From the NCBI GenBank assembly GCA_964497315.1, contig CAZCCH010000003.1, positions 23,346 through 87,345 on the forward strand: a DNA stretch of 64,000 nt, read 5' to 3'. Each line of letters opens with the position of its first letter. Position 1 is the first letter of the stretch. Below, in pieces: positions 57,102 through 64,000 of this stretch. Both the position numbers and the translations under genes were made by a program. The DNA is from an uncultured Planctomycetia bacterium. Lineage in GTDB: Bacteria > Omnitrophota > Gorgyraeia > Taenaricolales > CAZCCH01. Below the pieces are notes generated by a model. The model was given only the letters and a program-made list of their open reading frames with translations. It was not told the origin of the DNA and made no database searches.

Positions 57102-59582
57102 ATGGCAGAAAAATATCCTTTTAACAAAATAGAACCAAAATGGCAGAAGTTTTGGGAAAAAGAAAAGCTTTTTTATGTAGATACCAAAACCCCAAAAGAT
57201 AAATACTATGTTTTGGTTATGTTCCCGTATCCTTCCGGAGATTTACATGTCGGTCATGGCCGAAACTACATCATAGGCGATGCCGTAGCCAGATATAAAC
57301 TAATGAGGGGTTTTAACGTATTGACGCCCATGGGCTGGGATGCCTTTGGCCTTCCTGCTGAAAACGCCGCAATAAAATCAAATACCCACCCGAGGAACTG
57401 GACCTTAAAGAATATAAAAAGAATGAAGCAACAGCTTCATCAATGGGGTTGCTGCTATGACTGGAAAAGGGAGGTAACCTCTTGCCTGCCGGATTATTAT
57501 AAATGGACACAATGGATATTTTTAAAGCTTTTTGAAAGAGGTCTTGCCTATAAAAAACTTGCCTCGGTAAACTGGTGCTCACATTGCAAGACAGTTCTTG
57601 CCAATGAACAAGTAGTTGCAGGTACATGCGAGAGATGTCAGAGTGATGTTATAGAAAAAGACCTAGAGCAGTGGTTTTTTAAAATAACAGATTATGCACA
57701 AAGGCTCCTAGATGATTTGTCTCTCCTAGAAAAATGGCCGCAACGTGTAAGGATTATGCAAAAAAATTGGATAGGCAAAAGCGAAGGTGTAGAGATAGAT
57801 TTTCCTATTGAGGGAGGCAATGATAAATTAAGTTGTTTTACAACCAGGGTAGATACCATATTCGGTGCTACCTATATGGCAATTGCCTGTGAACATCCAA
57901 GGATTCATGAGTTAATTAAGAATTCAAAAAACAAAGATGAAATATTAGAATTTATTCACCGTGTAAAAAACCAACCAAAATCAGAAAGAGAATCAGAAGA
58001 AATAAAGAAAGAAGGTATCTTTACTGGTCGGTATTTAATAAATCCTGTAAATAATGAAAAGATACCACTTTGGATTACAAATTATGTATTACTAGCATAC
58101 GGCACAGGTGCTGTAATGGCTGTCCCTGCACATGATCAAAGGGACTTTGAATTTGCCAAAGAATACAATTTGCCTATAAAGATAGTAATTCAAAACCCAG
58201 ATGCCAAAAACCAAAAGGCAAAAGATTTAAAAGAGGCTTACATAAATAATGGTATAATGGTAAATTCTTCCCAGTTTGATGGAATAGATAACCAAGAGGC
58301 AATGGGGAAAATAGCCGATTGGATGGAGTCTAAAAAAATTGGCAGATGTGCTGTTAGTTACCGCCTAAGGGATTGGCTTATTTCCCGTCAGAGATATTGG
58401 GGAGCGCCAATTCCTATTGTGTATTGTGAAAAATGTGGCGTAGTGGCTGTACCAGAGGAAGATTTACCTGTATTACTACCTGAAAAAATAGCATTTAAGC
58501 CAACAGGAGAGTCCCCTCTTAAAGATGTGAAGAATTTCCTTAACACCAAATGTCCCAAATGTAAGAATAAAGCCAAAAGAGAAATAGACACCATGGATAC
58601 ATTTGTTGACTCAAGTTGGTATTATCTGCGGTATATATCACCAAAATTAAAAGAGGCGGTTTTTGATTCTCAATTCGTAAACGAATGGCTACCCATAGAT
58701 CAGTATATAGGCGGGGTAGAACATGCAATATTGCACCTTTTGTATTCAAGATTCATAACAAAGGTCTTTCATGATATGAACCTTGTAGCATTTTCAGAAC
58801 CCTTTGGAAGGCTTTTTACACAGGGTATGATTGTCAAAGACGGGGCGAAGATGTCAAAATCAAAGGGCAATGTAGTAAGTCCTGATGAGTTGATATCAAA
58901 GTTTGGAACAGATACAGTCAGGCTTTATACATTGTTTATAGGTCCCCCTGAAAAAGATGCCGAGTGGAATGACAGGGGAGTTGAGGGCGCATGGCGATTT
59001 TTAAATAGGGTTTGGAGAATAACAGAAGAGATTAAGAATTTAAAGGGAAAAATCGATAATTCTAAAGTAAGCTCCAGCGAAAGAAAATTCCAAGCCCTGA
59101 GACAAAAAACACACCTTACTATCAAAAATGTAACAGATGACATAGAACACAATTTTCATTTTAATACTGCTATAGCATTTATCATGGAATTGGTTAATGC
59201 AATGTATGCAGCATCAAATGATATTGAAACGGAAGAAGACTACCAGATAACACGTGATGCCATTGAAACAGTTGTTGTGCTACTTGCCCCATTTGCCCCC
59301 CACGTATCCGAAGAACTCTGGCAGAGGCTAGGGAATAAACCCAGCGTATTTCAACAACCTTGGCCTAAGTGTAATAAAGAATTTATCAAACAAGAGACAG
59401 TTACCATGGTGATACAAGTAAACGGAAAACTGCGCTCCAAGATAGATGTGCCCACCAACATAGAGCAAGAAAAATTAAAAGAACTTGTTCTATCCGATGA
59501 GAAAGTGAAGAAATTTCTCGGTGAGAAATCCATCAAGAAATTTATCGTAGTCCCTAAAAAAATAGTTAATATCGTTATATAA
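57102..59582 (+). CDS. leuS: Leucyl-tRNA synthetase
   Basis: The class I HIGH motif is PYPSGDLHVGHGRNY and the KMSKS motif is KMSKSKGN. Editing-domain and anticodon-binding regions are present. It is 826 aa. Confidence 0.85.
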   Translation: MAEKYPFNKIEPKWQKFWEKEKLFYVDTKTPKDKYYVLVMFPYPSGDLHVGHGRNYIIGDAVARYKLMRGFNVLTPMGWDAFGLPAENAAIKSNTHPRNWTLKNIKRMKQQLHQWGCCYDWKREVTSCLPDYYKWTQWIFLKLFERGLAYKKLASVNWCSHCKTVLANEQVVAGTCERCQSDVIEKDLEQWFFKITDYAQRLLDDLSLLEKWPQRVRIMQKNWIGKSEGVEIDFPIEGGNDKLSCFTTRVDTIFGATYMAIACEHPRIHELIKNSKNKDEILEFIHRVKNQPKSERESEEIKKEGIFTGRYLINPVNNEKIPLWITNYVLLAYGTGAVMAVPAHDQRDFEFAKEYNLPIKIVIQNPDAKNQKAKDLKEAYINNGIMVNSSQFDGIDNQEAMGKIADWMESKKIGRCAVSYRLRDWLISRQRYWGAPIPIVYCEKCGVVAVPEEDLPVLLPEKIAFKPTGESPLKDVKNFLNTKCPKCKNKAKREIDTMDTFVDSSWYYLRYISPKLKEAVFDSQFVNEWLPIDQYIGGVEHAILHLLYSRFITKVFHDMNLVAFSEPFGRLFTQGMIVKDGAKMSKSKGNVVSPDELISKFGTDTVRLYTLFIGPPEKDAEWNDRGVEGAWRFLNRVWRITEEIKNLKGKIDNSKVSSSERKFQALRQKTHLTIKNVTDDIEHNFHFNTAIAFIMELVNAMYAASNDIETEEDYQITRDAIETVVVLLAPFAPHVSEELWQRLGNKPSVFQQPWPKCNKEFIKQETVTMVIQVNGKLRSKIDVPTNIEQEKLKELVLSDEKVKKFLGEKSIKKFIVVPKKIVNIVI

Positions 59583-59594
59583 GGTAAACTTCCC

Positions 59595-59945
59595 ATGATA
59601 AACCTTACTAAAAATGAGCGTTTGGTTATTTCTTTTTTAATATGCGTTATTCTTTTGGGCATAGGCGTTAGACACTATAGACATATTAGGCAGGAGGCAG
59701 TGCTTAACGCAGAAAATTTAGAGTTAGATAAAATTATTAAAGAAAAAGAAACCCCCATAAATATAAACACCGCAGACTTTAAAGATTTTATAAAATTACC
59801 TGGTATAGGGCCAAAGACAGCAGAAAAGATTCTAGAATACAGACAACTCAATAATCAGTTTTGGCATATTGAAGACTTAAAGAAAATAAAAGGCATCGGA
59901 GATAAGAAGCTTGAGAAGTTAAGAAAATATGTGACGGTTGAATAA
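59595..59945 (+). CDS. comEA: Competence protein ComEA (helix-hairpin-helix DNA-binding)
   Basis: An N-terminal TM helix is followed by a C-terminal tandem HhH (INTADFKDFIKLPGIGPKTAEKILEYR). Confidence 0.7.
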   Translation: MINLTKNERLVISFLICVILLGIGVRHYRHIRQEAVLNAENLELDKIIKEKETPININTADFKDFIKLPGIGPKTAEKILEYRQLNNQFWHIEDLKKIKGIGDKKLEKLRKYVTVE

Positions 59946-61337
59946 ATGCGCATAAAAAGAGCCTTGGTTTTTATATTCGTCGCTTTTTGCACAGGGATAT
60001 GGATAATTACGTTTTTAGATATCAGTTTATTTCCCCTTCCCGAGGAGCATATTACAAATTTCACACCCCAAGACCCAGAGGGGTTTTATTTAAAAGGTGT
60101 CGTAATATCTGACCCAGTTATCCAAAGAAGGACAAATGCCACATTTATACTAAAAGCCCAAAAGCTTAAAGCGAAAAAGGGCAACGACTGGCATGGTGTT
60201 ACAGGCCTTATTCAGGTAAAGGCCCAGGGTTTATACAAGCCCGTACGTTATGGCGATGCATTGCTCCTAAAGGGGCTTTTGCAAAAACCAAAGACAAAAC
60301 TCAACTCCAGGGATTTTGACTATAGAGCCTACCTGGGCAGAAAAAAGATTTATTCTTGCCTTTTTGTAAAAAAGCAAGGTTTCATTGAAACCTTAGCGAC
60401 GGATAAAGCAAATTATGCCATTGGGAAGATATTTGATTTCAAACAAACGCTAAGAAACCTACTTAAAAAACACATACATGAGGAACCAGAAAAACAAATC
60501 CTGGCAGGTATTTTACTGGGGGATAGAGAAAATATTCCATACAAGGTTAAAGAAAAATTTATAAACACAGGAACTGTTCATATATTAGCGATAAGCGGAC
60601 TTCATGTAGCACTAATTGCCTTTTTGCTATTAGGTCTATTTAATATTTTTCATGTTCCTAAAAGTGCAACCTATCCACTAGTGATTATTATCTTAATCGC
60701 ATATTCTATCCTTACGGGTGCCAGACCACCTATAGTCAGAGCTACTATAATGTCAGTTGTTTTTCTATGTGGATTCATTCTAAGGAGGCCAGCAGATCTT
60801 TTAAATGCACTTGCATTAAGTGGACTTATTATATTATGTAAAAATCCCATGCAGCTTTTTGATGCGGGGTTTCAACTATCATTTATTGCAGTAAGTTCGA
60901 TAATTTTTATTACCCCTAAGATAAGCACAGTTTTAAAAACAAACAAACCGTTACCGCGATATATAAAAAATGCCCTTTGTGTTTCTTTAGCGGCATGGAT
61001 TGGAACATTGCCTGTAGTGGCTTATTACTTTGGTATTATTTCCCCAGTTGCTGTAATAGCAAATGTATTCGTAGTTTTAGTTTTAAGTGCAATTGTCTCA
61101 ACCGGGCTTGCATTTTTTACTTTAAGTTTTTTTAGTTATACCCTTGGTTCTATATTTGCTTGTGCAACATCATTTTTTATAAGCTTTTTGATAAAAATAG
61201 TTAATTTTTTTAATAAAGTTCCCCTTGGGTTTTTTAAGATTGAAGTACCACCTGCTCTATTTATAGGCCTTTACTACGTGCTTCTTATAGGGGTTTTAGC
61301 TATCTATGCGAAGCTTGACAGAAGGCACTTTGTATGA
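59946..61337 (+). CDS. comEC: ComEC/Rec2-family DNA-uptake channel protein, short form with no metallo-beta-lactamase domain
   Basis: A DUF4131-like N-terminus is followed by the polytopic Competence domain (...TGTVHILAISGLHVALIAFLL...). It is 463 aa. Confidence 0.65.
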   Translation: MRIKRALVFIFVAFCTGIWIITFLDISLFPLPEEHITNFTPQDPEGFYLKGVVISDPVIQRRTNATFILKAQKLKAKKGNDWHGVTGLIQVKAQGLYKPVRYGDALLLKGLLQKPKTKLNSRDFDYRAYLGRKKIYSCLFVKKQGFIETLATDKANYAIGKIFDFKQTLRNLLKKHIHEEPEKQILAGILLGDRENIPYKVKEKFINTGTVHILAISGLHVALIAFLLLGLFNIFHVPKSATYPLVIIILIAYSILTGARPPIVRATIMSVVFLCGFILRRPADLLNALALSGLIILCKNPMQLFDAGFQLSFIAVSSIIFITPKISTVLKTNKPLPRYIKNALCVSLAAWIGTLPVVAYYFGIISPVAVIANVFVVLVLSAIVSTGLAFFTLSFFSYTLGSIFACATSFFISFLIKIVNFFNKVPLGFFKIEVPPALFIGLYYVLLIGVLAIYAKLDRRHFV

Positions 61338-61377
61338 TATAAGATATATACATAACGGACAAAAACAGAGGATTATA

Positions 61378-62349
61378 GTGAGAGAAAGAAAATATATTTA
61401 TATAATAGCCCTTCTTTTAGTGAGTAGTATTTTCACCTCTAGTGGGTGCGCTTATGCTTTCTGGATTTGGACCCCCCAGAGCAAAAAATGGGTAAATCCT
61501 AAAAATGAGCCCCGCTCAGTACCAAAGGAACAATTCGAATGGGCTATGAGTTTTTATAACAAGGCAAAGTACAAAAAGGCCCGTAGCGAGTTCAAAAAGC
61601 TTATTAAAAAATACTCAAGTTCCAAATTCGCATCAGAGGCCCAATATCATATAGGGCTATGCTATCAGGCAGAAGAAGAGTACTATCAGGCATTTTTGGC
61701 CTACCAGAAACTAATAGAATCCTACCCTTATTCTGAAAGAATAGATGATATCGTGAAGAGGCAGTATGAAATAGGAAAGATATTTCATGGAGGTTATAAG
61801 TCTAAGCTTTTAGGGTGGGCCATTTTACCCTCTACGGATAGGGCAATTGAGGTTTTTCAAAAGGTCGCAGAAAACGCACCTTATAGCCCTTATGCGGATA
61901 AGGCATTGTATCACTTGGGACTGAATTATAAAAAGATGCTCAAGTACCAAGAAGCGAAGGAGACCTTTGAGAAAATTACCGAGCAGTATCCTGAAAGTGA
62001 GCTAGTCGATGATGCTAGATTCCAGATAGGTTTGTGTTCAGCTGAAGCTTCCAAGGAAGCGGTTTATGACCAGGTTAAGACTGAAGAGTCTATTGAGGAA
62101 TTTGAAGATTTTATAAAAGTCCATCCAGAGAGCGAGAAGACCAAAGAGGCAGAAGTCTTAGTGGATGAGTTAAGATCAAAGAAGGCAGAGTCAATTTTCG
62201 TTGCTGCCAGGTTCTATGAAAAGCGAAAAAAATACGAAAGCGCAACCATTTATTACAACCAACTCTTAAAAGACTACGCGGATACAGCCTGGGCACCCAA
62301 GGCCCTTGAACGACTTGAGGTGCTAAAGCAAAAGGGGAAGATAGAATAG
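61378..62349 (+). CDS. TPR lipoprotein, BamD (YfiO)-like outer-membrane assembly factor
   Basis: I placed the start at the GTG at 61378 (VRERKYIYIIALLLVSSIFTSSGC, a lipobox). Several TPR-like helical pairs follow (AQYHIGLCYQAEEEYYQA, ALYHLGLNYKKMLKYQEA, ARFQIGLC). The track ORF starts at 61306, overlapping comEC. Confidence 0.5.
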   Translation: MRERKYIYIIALLLVSSIFTSSGCAYAFWIWTPQSKKWVNPKNEPRSVPKEQFEWAMSFYNKAKYKKARSEFKKLIKKYSSSKFASEAQYHIGLCYQAEEEYYQAFLAYQKLIESYPYSERIDDIVKRQYEIGKIFHGGYKSKLLGWAILPSTDRAIEVFQKVAENAPYSPYADKALYHLGLNYKKMLKYQEAKETFEKITEQYPESELVDDARFQIGLCSAEASKEAVYDQVKTEESIEEFEDFIKVHPESEKTKEAEVLVDELRSKKAESIFVAARFYEKRKKYESATIYYNQLLKDYADTAWAPKALERLEVLKQKGKIE

Positions 62350-62400
62350 TAGTAGCATTTTAAGTTATAAAACCCATATCTAAACCAAAAACCAATCCAA

Positions 62401-62949
62401 ATGACCAATATACTTAAACCCAAAATTTTTATCTCTATCTTTTTCTTGATACTTATCGCTGGGTGTGGATATACTACCAAGACTTTAGTCCCCACAAAAT
62501 ACAAGACTATATATGTAGAAACATTTAAGAACAAGATTGATATAACCCAGGAAGTTAGTCAAAAAGACCCATTTAAGGTATACAGGCCATTTCTGGAAGT
62601 CGATATCACAAATGCTGTGATAGACAGGTTTATCTACGATGGGAACCTGACAGTTACAAAAGACTCACACGCAGACCTTATACTCACAGGAAACCTAATG
62701 GGGTTTGTTAAGCAACCACTTAAATATGCAGATAGTGATGAAATAGAAGAATACAGACTTAACCTGGTGGTTGATTTTGCTGTTAAAGGAGCCAGTGACG
62801 AAAAGATAATTTTAGAAGCAAAGAATCTAGTGGGTGACACTACTTATTTTACAACAGGCACACTTGCCAAGACAGAAGAAACTGCTTTAGTGAATGCGAT
62901 TGATGACTTGGCACGAAGGATCGTCGAAAGAACCGTTGAGTTTTGGTAA
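62401..62949 (+). CDS. lptE: LptE-like LPS-assembly lipoprotein
   Basis: It has the lipobox LIAGCGY and is about 180 aa. The leuS ... lptE - holA neighbourhood mirrors the conserved E. coli leuS-lptE-holA order. Confidence 0.45.
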   Translation: MTNILKPKIFISIFFLILIAGCGYTTKTLVPTKYKTIYVETFKNKIDITQEVSQKDPFKVYRPFLEVDITNAVIDRFIYDGNLTVTKDSHADLILTGNLMGFVKQPLKYADSDEIEEYRLNLVVDFAVKGASDEKIILEAKNLVGDTTYFTTGTLAKTEETALVNAIDDLARRIVERTVEFW

Positions 62950-63740
62950 AAAAAGTGGAGAGACTGTTTTTACTCATTAATCAAGATGGCTCCCAAAGGC
63001 AAGAAACCCTTAAAAAGATAAGGTCTAAGTTTTTAGATAAGACTAACTTTGAATTTAACTATCATACATTTTATCCTAAAGAGACTAACTTAAAAGAAGT
63101 TTTACAGCAGGGTGCCACAGCGGGTTTTTTATCAAAACACAGGGTAGTAGCACTTAGAGACGTTAACCGTCTCAACCTTAAACAAAAAGAGATACTTCGT
63201 GAGTTTATAAAACGCCAACCCAAAAGCTGTGTATTAATATTAGACGCTGCTATCCTCCCACCAAGTGATATTATTTACAAGACAGTAAATTCTAGTGGCA
63301 GGATAGTTAATTTGGGCACAACTCAAGCGAGGCGGAGGGGACAGGCGTTTGGAGCAGATACCTTCCGGTTGGCAGATGCCGTCGGCTTAAAAAAATGTAG
63401 CCTTGCTTTAAATTTACTTAATAGATTATCTCAAGAAGCCATAGAGCCTTCGGAAATAGTAGGTGTCTTAGGATGGCACCTGCGACGCATGTGGAAGGCC
63501 AAGCGACTCATAAATAAAGGCGTAGATAAGTCACAGGTGGCTAGAACGATAGGTATTCCTCAATTTTTTATGGATAGTTTTTTTAGGCAGGTTGGGCAAT
63601 TTTTGATGGAAGATATTGAAACAGCGATTTCACAGCTTTTGAAAATAGATGTCGCTACTAAGACAAGAAAGGTTAGCCCCTTTCAAGAACTTGAGCAGTT
63701 TATAATAAGATTGAGCAGTACCTCATTAGCCAGAGCGTGA
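62943..63740 (+). CDS. holA: DNA polymerase III delta subunit (HolA)-like, short (265 aa)
   Basis: The delta-subunit N-terminal pattern (LFLL...D, EFNY..F) and synteny downstream of lptE support the call. Its 3' end overlaps the convergent rpsT stop by 15 nt. Confidence 0.45.
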   Translation: MVKKVERLFLLINQDGSQRQETLKKIRSKFLDKTNFEFNYHTFYPKETNLKEVLQQGATAGFLSKHRVVALRDVNRLNLKQKEILREFIKRQPKSCVLILDAAILPPSDIIYKTVNSSGRIVNLGTTQARRRGQAFGADTFRLADAVGLKKCSLALNLLNRLSQEAIEPSEIVGVLGWHLRRMWKAKRLINKGVDKSQVARTIGIPQFFMDSFFRQVGQFLMEDIETAISQLLKIDVATKTRKVSPFQELEQFIIRLSSTSLARA

Positions 63741-63998
63741 TGAGGAAGTGATTTTTTTTGCAAGGCGGGATTTTTTCCTTGAGGCAGTATTTTTGTGGAT
63801 AATATTTTTAGAAGCAGCCTTATCTAGGCGACTCGCCAGTTTTTTTAGTGCTTCTTTGGCCTGATCAAGTTTTTTTTCTGATATTAATATTTGTATTTGT
63901 TTTGCCCTGGTTTTTAAATCTGATTTTACACCTATGTTTTTAAGGTGTCTTTTGTGGCTTTTTCGTAATTCTTTCTTGGCGGATTTTTTAATTGGCAC
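63726..63998 (-). CDS. rpsT: 30S ribosomal protein S20
   Basis: Translation MPIKKSAKKELRKSHKRHLKN...NIIHKNTASRKKSRLAKKI is collinear with bacterial S20 (..SAKKR..., ..GLIHKNKAARHKSRL..). It is the only convincing minus-strand gene in the window. Confidence 0.75.
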   Translation of the reverse strand: MPIKKSAKKELRKSHKRHLKNIGVKSDLKTRAKQIQILISEKKLDQAKEALKKLASRLDKAASKNIIHKNTASRKKSRLAKKITSSSRSG

Positions 63999-64000
63999 TT

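Noticed and set aside
1-64000. CRISPR arrays, rRNA genes, transposases or phage modules
   Set aside because: I found no short direct repeats with regular spacer-sized spacing, no rRNA-like stretches, and no integrase, transposase or capsid-like ORFs on either strand.

Overview
This is a 64-kb, gene-dense, low-GC window that is almost entirely + strand. It comes from a bacterium with a Gram-negative-type envelope (LptE-like, BamD-like, L,D-transpeptidase, PilT, ComEA/ComEC). It also has archaeal-type phosphoglycerate mutase (apgM) and B12-dependent ribonucleotide reductase (nrdJ). The left 17 kb looks GC-richer than the rest by eye. It holds one giant ORF that is still open at the window's 5' edge (at least 4577 codons, ending at 13733) and a 1044-codon secreted partner gene. 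Each gene has its own C/G-rich hairpin terminator. Both proteins carry a recurring pentapeptide [AST]-R-[FY]-[STA]-E. I count about 20 copies in the giant protein and 6 in the partner. The codons encoding it vary synonymously, so the conservation is at the peptide level. The recognisable enzyme-like modules of the giant protein are a PfkB sugar-kinase-like module, an alpha/beta-hydrolase and a Glu/Leu/Phe/Val-dehydrogenase-like module, each lying between consecutive motif copies, and a CheY-like receiver that begins at one. This looks like a punctuated polyprotein or modular megaprotein and is the most unusual thing in the window. The rest of the window is mostly housekeeping. It contains a CCA-adding enzyme, a purine permease and PolX. 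A NikR-controlled porin plus nik/cbi ECF Ni/Co transporter follows, with a recognisable NikR operator over the nikR -10. nrdJ and GTP cyclohydrolase I (folE) each carry an intein with a LAGLIDADG endonuclease. apgM and a tandem pair of Ddl-like ATP-grasp ligases with a KamA-type radical-SAM 2,3-aminomutase come next. A roughly 16-kb string of translationally coupled genes follows. It includes a sensor kinase and pabB-pabC-purH-folC-mnmE-folE. Then come pilT, accA, tRNA-Leu(CAA), a promoter-driven HTH plus LAGLIDADG-like ORF, tRNA-Ala(GGC), leuS, comEA-comEC, bamD-like, lptE-like, holA-like and a convergent rpsT. I found no CRISPR array, rRNA, transposase or phage module.
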